A DNA stretch of 64,000 nt, from the IMG/VR virus record IMGVR_UViG_2645727538_000003; one strand, given 5' to 3'. The first letter of the stretch is position 1, and each line of letters begins with the position of its first letter. This document shows, piece by piece, positions 29,429-38,691 of the stretch. The position numbers were made by a program, and so were the translations under genes. The stretch comes from a virus. The notes under the pieces are model-generated. The model worked only from the letters and a program-made list of their open reading frames with translations, was not told the origin of the DNA and made no database searches.

Positions 29429-29674
29429 TTATTCACCCTCCAATCGTTTTAATGCTTCATTGTTTTCGTATATAGTTTCGTTAATCAATACTCTACGAGC
29501 TTTCTCCTTCGTAGTTATCCGGAATGTACAGTCGTCTCTCCCATACATCTCGCAATAAACAACGTAATCGCGGAATAGGTCGTTCATATACTCGATGTCG
29601 CCGCATCCGTACAACTTACCGTTCAGAAAGCACGCATATATTTGCCCCATATGCTCCACCTCAATTTTCTTCAT
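29429..29674 (-). CDS. Hypothetical protein
   Basis: ORF track. Confidence 0.6.
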   Translation of the reverse strand: MKKIEVEHMGQIYACFLNGKLYGCGDIEYMNDLFRDYVVYCEMYGRDDCTFRITTKEKARRVLINETIYENNEALKRLEGE

Positions 29675-29787
29675 GTTTTTTTCAATTCTTTTTGATTTTC
29701 ATATTGCTTTTCACTCTTTTATTAATAGAGGCATGTCTTACGCATGCCATCTAAGAGAGATAGGACATTCTTGGGAGGTGAAAGGTA

Positions 29788-29940
29788 ATGAAATTTCTAA
29801 TGGATCTATTCACAAATTGGACTTTTGATAAAGTCATGGATTACATGCTAGCTGCTGTAATTTGGTTTGTATTCAAGTCCAAGACAAAGCAGAATGAGTA
29901 TCCCGATGACTTTGAGGAAAGAAGGCGTTATAGAGATTGA
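29788..29940 (+). CDS. Small hydrophobic peptide (50 aa, yoqT-like)
   Basis: Manual ORF MKFLMDLFTNWTFDKVMDYMLAAVIWFVFKSKTKQNEYPDDFEERRRYRD with GGAGGTG RBS. Confidence 0.65.
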   Translation: MKFLMDLFTNWTFDKVMDYMLAAVIWFVFKSKTKQNEYPDDFEERRRYRD

Positions 29941-29992
29941 TATTCTCTCTATGATCGATATCTATATGGTTACTGCTTTAGATAGCGATCTT

Positions 29993-30376
29993 CTAGGAGT
30001 TTAATTTAAATTCAACACCCAAAAAGTCACATAGCTCTTCCTTAAAATCCGGTTCTCCAAATGTTCCATTCAACAACCTGTGTTCTAAAACATTGAGAGT
30101 AACCTCTTCAGGTTCCCACTGATCTTCTAAACCGTGGCATGAACAGTGGGAACCATTAACCTCGAACAATTTCCCTTCCTCTTCAAATAGAACCCAAGCG
30201 TGCCCTTCACAAATGTCACCATCATAAGAGGCAAACAGAATGTTTACATCAGTTTCTTTTTCTTCAAAGTCTGACAAAACGTCAACCTTTTCTTTTCCTT
30301 CCCATTCGTTCAGGAGTACTGATTTTTGATTAATGATTTCTTCAAATTTTTTCATTGTTACTCCCCCCATTTTCAC
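29993..30376 (-). CDS. Acidic hypothetical protein
   Basis: ORF track; GSHCSCHGLEDQW motif. Confidence 0.65.
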   Translation of the reverse strand: MKMGGVTMKKFEEIINQKSVLLNEWEGKEKVDVLSDFEEKETDVNILFASYDGDICEGHAWVLFEEEGKLFEVNGSHCSCHGLEDQWEPEEVTLNVLEHRLLNGTFGEPDFKEELCDFLGVEFKLNS

Positions 30377-30391
30377 TTTGAAAACTATCTT

Positions 30392-30907
30392 TTAATTAGA
30401 TATCGTTATTGAACTCCAATCAAACGTTTCGAGAATTTTAAGCAGCCGCTCTACTTTCGGTGCCCTCCAAGCTGTCATTGCGTAAGTATGAGCTTCTGAA
30501 GTGTAGTGATGCCTATTTAATTTGATATGAGCCTTCGCTTCTGCTTTGGTCAAAAACATTGTATCCGGCCGTACAATATGAACCTTTCTTTCTGGAATTA
30601 ATTCTGCTTCTTCATCAATGTATTTTTGAATCCACTCAATAGGATCATCAAAGTCATCCTTTTTCAACTCAGTTAAAGCTTCCTTAGAGAGCTCACTATC
30701 TTCTTTTAAATCTTCTAAATAATCATCTAAAACATATGCTTCTGCAATATATGGCAGGTATACAGAATACCGTTCTGCGTTTTCTTCTCGAACTTCGACC
30801 CATTCATAATCGCCAACTGTCCAGAAACGCGGTGCAGCTTGACAGTCGCTGTCTTGATTTTTCAACTCTTGCTGAAGTTCTTTTAAAAACTGAATATCTT
30901 GATTCAT
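30392..30907 (-). CDS. YoqJ-like protein
   Basis: 171 aa; QAAPRFW and HTYAMTAWRAP motifs; synteny. Confidence 0.65.
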   Translation of the reverse strand: MNQDIQFLKELQQELKNQDSDCQAAPRFWTVGDYEWVEVREENAERYSVYLPYIAEAYVLDDYLEDLKEDSELSKEALTELKKDDFDDPIEWIQKYIDEEAELIPERKVHIVRPDTMFLTKAEAKAHIKLNRHHYTSEAHTYAMTAWRAPKVERLLKILETFDWSSITISN

Positions 30908-31027
30908 TCGCTTCCTCCTATCTGTTTAAAATCACGATTTTAACTATTTATGATCTATTATTCACTTTCAAAGTAACTTCCATTTAACTCATAATTAATA
31001 TATAAAATGTAAATGGAGTTGATATAT

Positions 31028-31288
31028 TTGAACCTTCGAAAAATTTTATTGAGTTCTGCTTTATCATTAGGTATGCTGGTATCTGCTTCTCCTGTCTTGG
31101 CAACAAGTTCTTCGTCTGAAGTGACAGTAAAAAGTGATGAATATGATTATGACACCATATATCAGCTTAGCCCACTACCGAACTTCAAACCTTCTCTTGA
31201 ATACAATGGCTATACTTATACACTTACACGTTATTATTTCGATTACTCAATAGGGTTTTATACGGCTATTTATACAAAAGTTGTTTAA
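31028..31288 (+). CDS. Secreted LCI-like antimicrobial peptide precursor (86 aa)
   Basis: TTG start; signal peptide ending VLA; C-terminal 35 aa align without gaps to LCI as recalled (12/35 identical). Confidence 0.65.
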   Translation: MNLRKILLSSALSLGMLVSASPVLATSSSSEVTVKSDEYDYDTIYQLSPLPNFKPSLEYNGYTYTLTRYYFDYSIGFYTAIYTKVV

Positions 31289-31295
31289 ACATTCG

Positions 31296-31318
31296 AGGAG
31301 CTTCTTTGGCTCCTTTTT
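31296..31318 (+). terminator. Terminator after the LCI-like gene
   Basis: AGGAGC-TTCTTTG-GCTCCT-TTTT. Confidence 0.7.
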
Positions 31319-31326
31319 CATCTGTT

Positions 31327-31557
31327 TTAAGCTAAATACTTCTTCTTATGTGGTCTTCTATGTACAAAATCAAACGCAATATCGACTTGTGCCGGTTCCT
31401 TCTCCTCTGCTACTCGCTCTGTAACAACAATCAGTTGTCCATTTTCCTGGCGGTCAATGCTATGGACTGAATATCCTTTAGCAGCGTAATATTCACCAAT
31501 AATCTCATCAACGTGGTTGCTAAGCAGATTCCTCTTTATCAACTTTATAACCTCCAT
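31327..31557 (-). CDS. Hypothetical protein
   Basis: ORF track. Confidence 0.55.
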   Translation of the reverse strand: MEVIKLIKRNLLSNHVDEIIGEYYAAKGYSVHSIDRQENGQLIVVTERVAEEKEPAQVDIAFDFVHRRPHKKKYLA

Positions 31558-31669
31558 TTATTTTATTTTTATCCTTAAATATTTATATGTATTCCATCCG
31601 CAGCCATCAAATATGCTTATATCCGCTCCAAGATGCCATCTAAACCAAACTAAGTTAAACCAAGCTGTA

Positions 31670-31966
31670 TCAATTATGTGCTTTAAATAACCTATATGCC
31701 TTCCTCCTTACAATGAAATAATCCTTTAATTGTGATTTATTTTCCAACGCTTTTAATTCTTCTTCATACAAAGGTAGAATAGCCTTTTCGGCTTCGCCCC
31801 TAGACACACCATGCTGCTCTATATATGTAACAATATCCATTCCAATGTTATTTCCTAGCTCGGTTTCCCAAACTATGTGATCAGCCATAGCAAGATTTCC
31901 ATCCATTAAGTAGTTCATCCCCTTTCTCTTTAAAACAGTCTTTTTATTGTGATTCTGTAGCCCCAA
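31670..31966 (-). CDS. Hypothetical protein (likely start MNYL near 31918)
   Basis: ORF track; AAGGGG RBS before the internal ATG. Confidence 0.5.
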   Translation of the reverse strand: MGLQNHNKKTVLKRKGMNYLMDGNLAMADHIVWETELGNNIGMDIVTYIEQHGVSRGEAEKAILPLYEEELKALENKSQLKDYFIVRRKAYRLFKAHN

Positions 31967-32018
31967 TTAAAAATCTCTTTCTTGGTTACAGTTGAAACAA
32001 CCGAGTCAAGATTAACTA

Positions 32019-32357
32019 TTACTTTCTTTCATACATTTGTATAACTTGATGTGCTTCGTGCTCTGAAAGCAGACCGCCCCCATTAAAACGCCTAACTATT
32101 TTTCGTTTTGCTTTACTGAGTGGAGACAAGCCATGTTTTTTGAACAAATTTGCGATATATTGTTTTTGTTTTGGTGTAATGAAATGAGGACTATATACTC
32201 GGTCATCTTGTCGTAAATAAGCTTGTAGGTTGGCCTTTAGCTGTTCGCCCTGTCTTACTGCCATGTGAAGATACATATTTTCTTTATAGACCTCTTTCAT
32301 ATGATCCACTTGCTTTTTTAAATTTTCATTTTCTTCCCTTAATTGTGATTCCGTCAT
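32019..32357 (-). CDS. Hypothetical coiled-coil protein
   Basis: ORF track; GGAGGG RBS. Confidence 0.6.
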   Translation of the reverse strand: MTESQLREENENLKKQVDHMKEVYKENMYLHMAVRQGEQLKANLQAYLRQDDRVYSPHFITPKQKQYIANLFKKHGLSPLSKAKRKIVRRFNGGGLLSEHEAHQVIQMYERK

Positions 32358-32410
32358 CTTTATTTCCCTCCGTTATTTCATATGAATGAAATTTTACTCT
32401 TTATCCAGTC

Positions 32411-32608
32411 TTAGACCATTTTGGGATTGTTAATTATCTTATTAAAGCAGTTGCCAGTAACTTCAATTCTCGGAAGTAAGAGTTCACCCGCTTCTGTACT
32501 TGAATCCCAACTCACTTCTTTAAGGCTGGTAATCATCCCTTTTTCATCAATGGAATACTGAATAGCAATTTTATCAGCTCCACATTCATACCTTTGTCTA
32601 ATCTTCAT
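32411..32608 (-). CDS. Hypothetical protein
   Basis: ORF track. Confidence 0.5.
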   Translation of the reverse strand: MKIRQRYECGADKIAIQYSIDEKGMITSLKEVSWDSSTEAGELLLPRIEVTGNCFNKIINNPKMV

Positions 32609-32735
32609 CTCTGCGCCCCCTACTAAACTTCAAAAGTTTTGTATTATTTATTACCCCTTATTAACTTAATTTTAATATAGCGTCTGCCGATTCCGAAGTC
32701 ATTCTTTTCTTTAAAACTTCAATTAGATTCTGTTT

Positions 32736-32939
32736 TTAATTCCAATTAAAATGTTTGGGTCTAGCGACAAATTCGTAGTTCTCCTCCCAATCAAATTGTT
32801 TTAACCCATCTTCTTCAAATTCCCAGCATTCGCCGAGTAAAGGATCATCTAATTCAGGAACTCTTTTTTTTAAGGTTCGAAGTTTGTTGAAATGACTAGC
32901 TGTTTTAAATTTAACTTTATCCATTGGTGCAAATTTCAT
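32736..32939 (-). CDS. Hypothetical protein (yoqK-like size)
   Basis: ORF track. Confidence 0.55.
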   Translation of the reverse strand: MKFAPMDKVKFKTASHFNKLRTLKKRVPELDDPLLGECWEFEEDGLKQFDWEENYEFVARPKHFNWN

Positions 32940-32973
32940 CTTTCCATCAACCTTTCTCTTTAAAGTTTTACTT

Positions 32974-33210
32974 TTAATCCAATTTCCTCATATCATCCCT
33001 CTGTTTAATATAGCTTTTGAAATATTCCCAATCCTGATCAATTTCCTTAATGTTAAGCTCAATGAAATTCTCTGCCTGTTTTCCATCTATCATGTTGCTT
33101 ACAGAAAGTTGAAACATCATCTCAATTTTCGCGATTCTCTCTGCAAGAATTCGAGAGTACTCTTTTGCTTTATTTAAACGTCCTTGACTTAATCCGTGTT
33201 TTGTTTCCAT
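32974..33210 (-). CDS. Hypothetical protein
   Basis: ORF track; AAGGAGG RBS. Confidence 0.6.
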   Translation of the reverse strand: METKHGLSQGRLNKAKEYSRILAERIAKIEMMFQLSVSNMIDGKQAENFIELNIKEIDQDWEYFKSYIKQRDDMRKLD

Positions 33211-33225
33211 GCAGTTCCCTCCTTA

Positions 33226-33912
33226 TCAAAAAATTTCACTAAATAAAAAGCGTTCTTCTTTAAATCCATAGGTTTCACTGAAGAGCATATTGCCGTACCT
33301 ATCATCATTGTCTGACCAATGTTTTATTCTGTCGGATACTTCAACAAAACGTTTCAATCCTGTAGCATCTACAACTATATAAACGAACCAGTAATCAGAT
33401 TTCCTTGTTGCACAACCGGTAAGTTTGAAAAAATCATTGGTTTTTTCTGGATTAAAATCCTTTCTCCAGCCTTTTACAACTTTCCATTTACGCTCAAAGG
33501 CCGTTATAACCTGCTTATCCTTAAATGGCTGCTTAATAAAATCGGCAGACTCTTTAGTAAAACCCTTGGCAACGATTTTATCTCTTTCATATCTTTGTGT
33601 CTTAGCATGTTTTAATGGTATATCTTTTAATTGAGCTATGTCTGTTCTTTGAAGCTCCTCTTTGCTAATAAATGAAATAACCTTCCCGTTTTTCAAAACC
33701 ACATTCGGCATATATTCTAATTTGCAATTTGAGCACCTCTCATTAAACCAATCATCTTCGACATATAAACCTTCTGGTGCTCCTGAAACAACATCACCCA
33801 ACTCATAGTCTAATAGTAAGCAATCACTCCATTTAAACTGAACCTCTGTGTTGTGTATTGCAGCGCAATTAGGACATTTAATTTGACCATTAAAGGTATC
33901 AAACATTCCCAT
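33226..33912 (-). CDS. Hypothetical protein with N-terminal zinc-ribbon
   Basis: MGMFDT...CPNC...QFK...CSNC pattern. Confidence 0.7.
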   Translation of the reverse strand: MGMFDTFNGQIKCPNCAAIHNTEVQFKWSDCLLLDYELGDVVSGAPEGLYVEDDWFNERCSNCKLEYMPNVVLKNGKVISFISKEELQRTDIAQLKDIPLKHAKTQRYERDKIVAKGFTKESADFIKQPFKDKQVITAFERKWKVVKGWRKDFNPEKTNDFFKLTGCATRKSDYWFVYIVVDATGLKRFVEVSDRIKHWSDNDDRYGNMLFSETYGFKEERFLFSEIF

Positions 33913-33918
33913 ATCAAA

Positions 33919-34548
33919 TCACCCCATACCCTGTTCTGTTATAGATTTTATTAATGTATTAATTTGTCCACCAATAACTGTGGATGCCGCTCCCTTTATT
34001 ACATCCTTTAAGATTTTTAAAAACTTAATGAGTTTACTCTTATCAGGCGACTCATTGCCTATCTCTCTTTCAATCCCTTTAATGGCATCCGAAGATAAAG
34101 CAGCTTGATCAAATTTCAAATTTAAAGTTTCGTACTCCTTTTTAAATAAATGTATAAGGTTGACTAACGATTCTTTTAAATCACTAGCATTATAATTGTT
34201 GCCTTGATGTAAATGAGAATTATGCATGTACTGTATGTTAGTTGTGTAATTATTTTGTATAATGTATTGCTTATCCTCTTCCGTCTTCATGTATAATGAA
34301 AGTTCTCCCTTCATAAGTTCCCGGTGATAAATTATTTCTTCGTAAAAGATTTCTTCTACTGATAGACCCAGCCCTCTACTTATTTGTAATGCAGTTTGAA
34401 TGCTCATAGAACATTTGACACCAGAAGCATAACAACTTAATTTTTGCACGTTGATACCGGTCAAAGATGACAAATCATGTATAGTTAATCCCTTTTCACT
34501 TAATATCTCTCTAACTCGATTTCTTAATGTAGTCTCGACTAACTTCAA
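33919..34548 (-). CDS. XRE/Cro-type HTH fused to an unknown C-terminal helical domain
   Basis: NRVREILSEKGLTIHDLSSLTGINVQKLS...ISRGLGLSVEEIF. Confidence 0.7.
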   Translation of the reverse strand: MKLVETTLRNRVREILSEKGLTIHDLSSLTGINVQKLSCYASGVKCSMSIQTALQISRGLGLSVEEIFYEEIIYHRELMKGELSLYMKTEEDKQYIIQNNYTTNIQYMHNSHLHQGNNYNASDLKESLVNLIHLFKKEYETLNLKFDQAALSSDAIKGIEREIGNESPDKSKLIKFLKILKDVIKGAASTVIGGQINTLIKSITEQGMG

Positions 34549-34590
34549 TTATTAAACCGCCTTATTTTCTATTTAAAATGCATCTTTTAA

Positions 34591-34998
34591 TCACTTCTTT
34601 GCAGCATAGCTCTCAAAGAATTCTTCAACTGATCTTAGGTATCGGTATTTATTTGGATCTTCTGGATTTCTGAATCTTTTCGAAAGCACCAATGACCAAT
34701 TAAACATCATTGGGGAAAACCTTGCCCATTTGCTAAAGCTTAACTGAAGACCTTTCCATTCTCTCCCCGCTAATTCTGCTAATTCGAGAATTTGGTCTTC
34801 TTTTAAATTCACTTCTTCTTCAAACATTACTTGAATTTCCTCGTATGGTTTATGTCCAAAACAACAGTGGCGTGTTTTCAATCCAATCTTGAAATTCAAA
34901 ATATCAATTAAATTGATCATTTGTGTATCAAGTTCATCATAGGGAATGCCATTTGTAATGAATTTTTCTCTTTGGTTTGTTTTCACATTAACCTCCAA
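34591..34998 (-). CDS. YoqC-like protein
   Basis: 135 aa; synteny. Confidence 0.6.
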   Translation of the reverse strand: MEVNVKTNQREKFITNGIPYDELDTQMINLIDILNFKIGLKTRHCCFGHKPYEEIQVMFEEEVNLKEDQILELAELAGREWKGLQLSFSKWARFSPMMFNWSLVLSKRFRNPEDPNKYRYLRSVEEFFESYAAKK

Positions 34999-35004
34999 TA
35001 ACAG

Positions 35005-35358
35005 CTACACCTCCTGTCCACTCCATGCTTCAAATTTCTCTATGGCAGCTTTTTGTTTATTTTCATGATTAATTTGCTCCTGAATAGAATTTTCGTATGT
35101 AATGACTTCATTGATTGCCATCTCTATGTAATTGTAATCCCACTTTGCCTCGAAATAACTAGATGCTGATCCCCCTTCTGCTGTGAGACACTTAAACTTT
35201 TCTTTCCCGAATAAACTGCGTACCTTTTTATATAAAGAGACTCTGACAAAACCTTTCGAGTATCTGTCACTGTAAATGCTTACGGCATACTCATTACCTT
35301 CAACCGAAGTCACGGGATATTTGTGTAAATGGAACTCGTTCATTCTGTGCCCTCCCAT
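35005..35358 (-). CDS. YoqB-like protein (likely start MNEF)
   Basis: Synteny and size. Confidence 0.6.
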   Translation of the reverse strand: MGGHRMNEFHLHKYPVTSVEGNEYAVSIYSDRYSKGFVRVSLYKKVRSLFGKEKFKCLTAEGGSASSYFEAKWDYNYIEMAINEVITYENSIQEQINHENKQKAAIEKFEAWSGQEV

Positions 35359-35555
35359 CCGATCTTTCTCTTATACTCTGCTGCTGTACCTTTTACAACG
35401 AATGCACTACCATTTTTGAAGGATACTTTGCTCCCGTCTTCTGTGTCAGTAATGCTTTCGATATCGTCATAATTAAAACGGTAAAACGGTATTAACTCTC
35501 CATCCGTCTTGCGTTTACGGTAGACCACAAATTCCTTAAATTTTGATTCACTCAT
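35340..35555 (-). CDS. Hypothetical protein
   Basis: ORF track; 4-nt overlaps with neighbours. Confidence 0.55.
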   Translation of the reverse strand: MSESKFKEFVVYRKRKTDGELIPFYRFNYDDIESITDTEDGSKVSFKNGSAFVVKGTAAEYKRKIGWEGTE

Positions 35556-36097
35556 TCCGCGCCCTCCAATGCTTCTCTGGCTATTTGCCCTCGGTCTACT
35601 TCCATGAAAGAAGGATTAAAATCGCCAAAACGTTTTTCATTTTCAACCGTGGCCCACTGCGACATACGCAGTGTTCTTCGGTATTTGTTTTCATCTGCAT
35701 ATACTTGCAGAGCCTCTTTAAAGCGATTGTTCTCCGCCCGGAGACGGCTGATTTTTTCCTGGGCCTGCCGGAGTTCCTTTGTATTTGCTTCCTGTATGGC
35801 TTTGGCTTCACCTTCATGACCCCAAGTTTCATATGAAATTAACTGCCCTTCATTGATGTTTAAATCAGGTCTATTTCTTTTTATATATTTAGCGAAACCT
35901 CCACACAAAACCGTCTCATCGCTATGACAAGCCCAATTGTGTCCACTCTTTTCCTTCATCTCTACGATTTGCTGGGGTGTGGGCAAACATCCGTAATTTT
36001 GAACCATTTCAGCTTCATCACTGTGCGAGAAGGGACAACTCATACATCCTCCACTTCCACAATAAGAACGTTCAATCATATTTATTTCTTTCAACAT
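35552..36097 (-). CDS. Cys-rich N-domain plus coiled-coil C-domain protein
   Basis: CGSGGCMSC, GCLP, WACH and CGG motifs, then a coiled coil. Confidence 0.6.
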   Translation of the reverse strand: MLKEINMIERSYCGSGGCMSCPFSHSDEAEMVQNYGCLPTPQQIVEMKEKSGHNWACHSDETVLCGGFAKYIKRNRPDLNINEGQLISYETWGHEGEAKAIQEANTKELRQAQEKISRLRAENNRFKEALQVYADENKYRRTLRMSQWATVENEKRFGDFNPSFMEVDRGQIAREALEGAE

Positions 36098-36127
36098 ATA
36101 TCCCCCTTATCTGAATCTCGATAAAAC

Positions 36128-36352
36128 TTACATTTTATTTTTATCCTTAAAATATTCATGTTGATTCACAACATCACGAAGTATGTACTGTATTTCCTCT
36201 AAATTGTCTTTAACAAAGTCCAGGTCTCCAATTGCCATTCTGATTTCATTATTCTCTATGCTGCGCAAAGACCTTTCACATGATGCTAAGAGCTTTGTAT
36301 ATTTCCTCAAAACCATAGTTCTTATTTGATCGTTAATTGGTTTATTAATCAA
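36128..36352 (-). CDS. Hypothetical helical protein
   Basis: ORF track; AAGGAG RBS. Confidence 0.55.
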   Translation of the reverse strand: MINKPINDQIRTMVLRKYTKLLASCERSLRSIENNEIRMAIGDLDFVKDNLEEIQYILRDVVNQHEYFKDKNKM

Positions 36353-36460
36353 TAATTAAAGCTATCTCCTTTCCTGATTCTAATTTGATTATATAACCTC
36401 AACCATATGTTGTAAATACTTATTTTATTTTTACTCTTAATAATTTCAAAAAAATCAGCT

Positions 36461-36706
36461 TTACTCATACTGTAAAGCTGCTGTCTTCATAAACGTCTTC
36501 ATGCCGTCCAGTTTCCAAAGAGTTTCATTTATTTTGTCTCTAAATTCTAAAACTGAAGCATGATCCATTCTAATCCTCAAACAATCCCCATTGTTTTTAA
36601 AAATAATGTCTATGTAGTACTCTCCACTTTGGATGTTCTTAGAACCAACACTCATGGAAACTGATCTCATAATGTCTTTCAAGTCAATTTCAAGATTAAA
36701 ATCCAT
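36461..36706 (-). CDS. Hypothetical protein
   Basis: ORF track. Confidence 0.55.
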   Translation of the reverse strand: MDFNLEIDLKDIMRSVSMSVGSKNIQSGEYYIDIIFKNNGDCLRIRMDHASVLEFRDKINETLWKLDGMKTFMKTAALQYE

Positions 36707-36780
36707 TGTATGCTCCAGTCTGACTAAAAAGTCACCAATTTTTTATGTCTCATGATGACTGACAAGATGTGTATGTATTT

Positions 36781-37080
36781 TTACTTCGATGATAACAATT
36801 GTGAAGATTTATAATCCTCATTTTCAAACGAATCGTCTATTTCTTCGGCATAAGAGGTTGTTAATTCAGCATCCTCTGTACACATGATATCTACATCAAA
36901 TAGTGCCTCATATTTTTCATGATCTTTTTGAAGAAACCCCATTTTTCCTGTTTTATTTCTCAATTTCTTTTTAATTGATTGATATGCGAACAAAAGTGCT
37001 TCCTCTTCATTCTTGGCTTTTATTCTGCCGAAAAAAGGTATGCACAGCTCCCCTTGAATGAAATAATCCTTTTCTGACAT
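36781..37080 (-). CDS. Hypothetical protein, first gene of a putative SOS-linked operon
   Basis: ORF track; SOS box 30 nt upstream. Confidence 0.6.
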   Translation of the reverse strand: MSEKDYFIQGELCIPFFGRIKAKNEEEALLFAYQSIKKKLRNKTGKMGFLQKDHEKYEALFDVDIMCTEDAELTTSYAEEIDDSFENEDYKSSQLLSSK

Positions 37081-37109
37081 ACGTTTCCCTCTCTCTGGTA
37101 GTAATTAAC

Positions 37110-37123
37110 CGAACTTACGTTCC
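37110..37123. promoter_or_regulatory. LexA (Cheo/SOS) box
   Basis: CGAACTTACGTTCC matches the Bacillus GAAC-N4-GTTC consensus. Confidence 0.75.
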
Positions 37124-37204
37124 CTTTTTTGTTGACTTAATTATAACCTTTTACCTAGTTAGTGGCAAATCTTTTTTCTTTCATTTAAAAACTTGGAAAG
37201 AATT

Positions 37205-37232
37205 GATATAGTATGATAAGCAATACTATATC
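37205..37232. promoter_or_regulatory. Perfect 10-bp inverted repeat upstream of yopS (operator candidate)
   Basis: GATATAGTAT-gataagca-ATACTATATC, abutting the yopS RBS. Confidence 0.6.
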
Positions 37233-37245
37233 AGGAGGTTGTCCG

Positions 37246-37467
37246 ATGCTTGAGGTTGAAATCGGACAATGTTTGATATCCATTCTCCTTGAACGTAGAG
37301 GAATGTCCCTAGGGCAACTTTCGAACCTAACAGGCATCAGTAAGCAAAGGTTAAGTGATTACGCTAATGGCGTTAGACCTTCTATGAATATAAAAACAGC
37401 GAGAATCATTGCAATTGCCCTCAACTGTTCGATTGAAGACCTCTATGAATGGAAAATCAAACATTGA
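37246..37467 (+). CDS. yopS: XRE-family HTH regulator
   Basis: MLEVEIGQCLI...ISKQRLSDY...IALNCSIEDLY; AGGAGG RBS; convergent with sroF. Confidence 0.85.
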   Translation: MLEVEIGQCLISILLERRGMSLGQLSNLTGISKQRLSDYANGVRPSMNIKTARIIAIALNCSIEDLYEWKIKH

Positions 37468-37687
37468 CTTAATCGCTAGGGAGTTTGACCTAGCGAACCT
37501 CCTTGTACCCTTTTTAGTGTATAGAACTATTTTACTGCATATGTACAAATTTGTCTCTGTCTAACTTTGTCGAATTCTGAAAAATATGAACAAAATCCTG
37601 ATATTTTCTTAAAAATACCACGAGTTAATTCACATTGTTTTTATTTTTACTCTAAAAATTATGTAAAGTTAATCCCTGTAACAGGGA

Positions 37688-38671
37688 TTAAGAATTAGTC
37701 TCAATTACTTCAGACTTGATACAATATTTTTCTAAGTTCTCCATATTCACTACTTTCCTCAGTGATTGAGAATTAAACTCCGCGTCTTCATTCAGGAACC
37801 CATATTGTCGAGTTATTTTTTTATAATCAGGTACTTTTAATTCGCCCTTCTCTTTGTATATCTCATACGCCATGTTGAGCTTTCCTGAGTTGATAAGATT
37901 CTTGGGTGAAAAGAAGGGTTCTTCTAAAAATTTTTGAAACTGACTAAAAGATCGGTGAACTAAAAATTTATCAGCTTTCATACTCTGATTAGAACTCTTA
38001 TATTTTAGCCTAAAAATGTTTTCGCTTTTAACTAATGTAGCAAATTTGTTTTTAAGTCCACTCTCTGGCGAACCATTGCTAAGATGATATGTTGTTTGAT
38101 CATTAGCGCGCTTAAGCAACTCATAACATTTATCGCTTACAGTAATTATTCTTACACCATGTTTATCATCTACCAGCTTTACCTTGTTATCATCAAGTAA
38201 ATCGTCACCTGTTAAATTCAGTAACTCTGAATGCTGATAACCATCTATACCTTCATAAATAGCCTGTATCATCGCTTTATCCTGATCATTAACCATAAAA
38301 TCAACATATTCTTCTACTTCTTTATTGGTGAATAGTGTTTTTTTGTTTTTATCTATAAACTGCTTTAAGTCACCATCCTGTATCTGATACACTTTGTTGA
38401 TGTTACTGTTTGCCAAGCCATTTTCCATTGCCCATGTTGTGTATTGTCCAATTACAGCTCTTGCTCCTCTTAGTGAATCTATAGATTTGCTATCTAAATC
38501 TAAAAATAACGTACGCAGCTCTTCCAAAGAAAAATTAAATATGTCTTTTTGAAGTATTTTTTCTGTAGCTGAGAAATCCCTTAGCCTTAGCCAATAATGG
38601 TTTCTTGTTGCTTCACTTTCGTATTTCTCTAAAAACTTTTCCTTCAATTCAGCATTATACATTTCACTCAT
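37688..38671 (-). CDS. yopR: Master repressor with degenerate tyrosine-recombinase fold (SroF/YopR/MrpR)
   Basis: [11 protein letters not shown] start; integrase-like fold lacking HxxR; last gene of the sro operon. Confidence 0.88.
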   Translation of the reverse strand: MSEMYNAELKEKFLEKYESEATRNHYWLRLRDFSATEKILQKDIFNFSLEELRTLFLDLDSKSIDSLRGARAVIGQYTTWAMENGLANSNINKVYQIQDGDLKQFIDKNKKTLFTNKEVEEYVDFMVNDQDKAMIQAIYEGIDGYQHSELLNLTGDDLLDDNKVKLVDDKHGVRIITVSDKCYELLKRANDQTTYHLSNGSPESGLKNKFATLVKSENIFRLKYKSSNQSMKADKFLVHRSFSQFQKFLEEPFFSPKNLINSGKLNMAYEIYKEKGELKVPDYKKITRQYGFLNEDAEFNSQSLRKVVNMENLEKYCIKSEVIETNS

Positions 38672-38691
38672 ATTAAATTCTCCTTTAGGCT

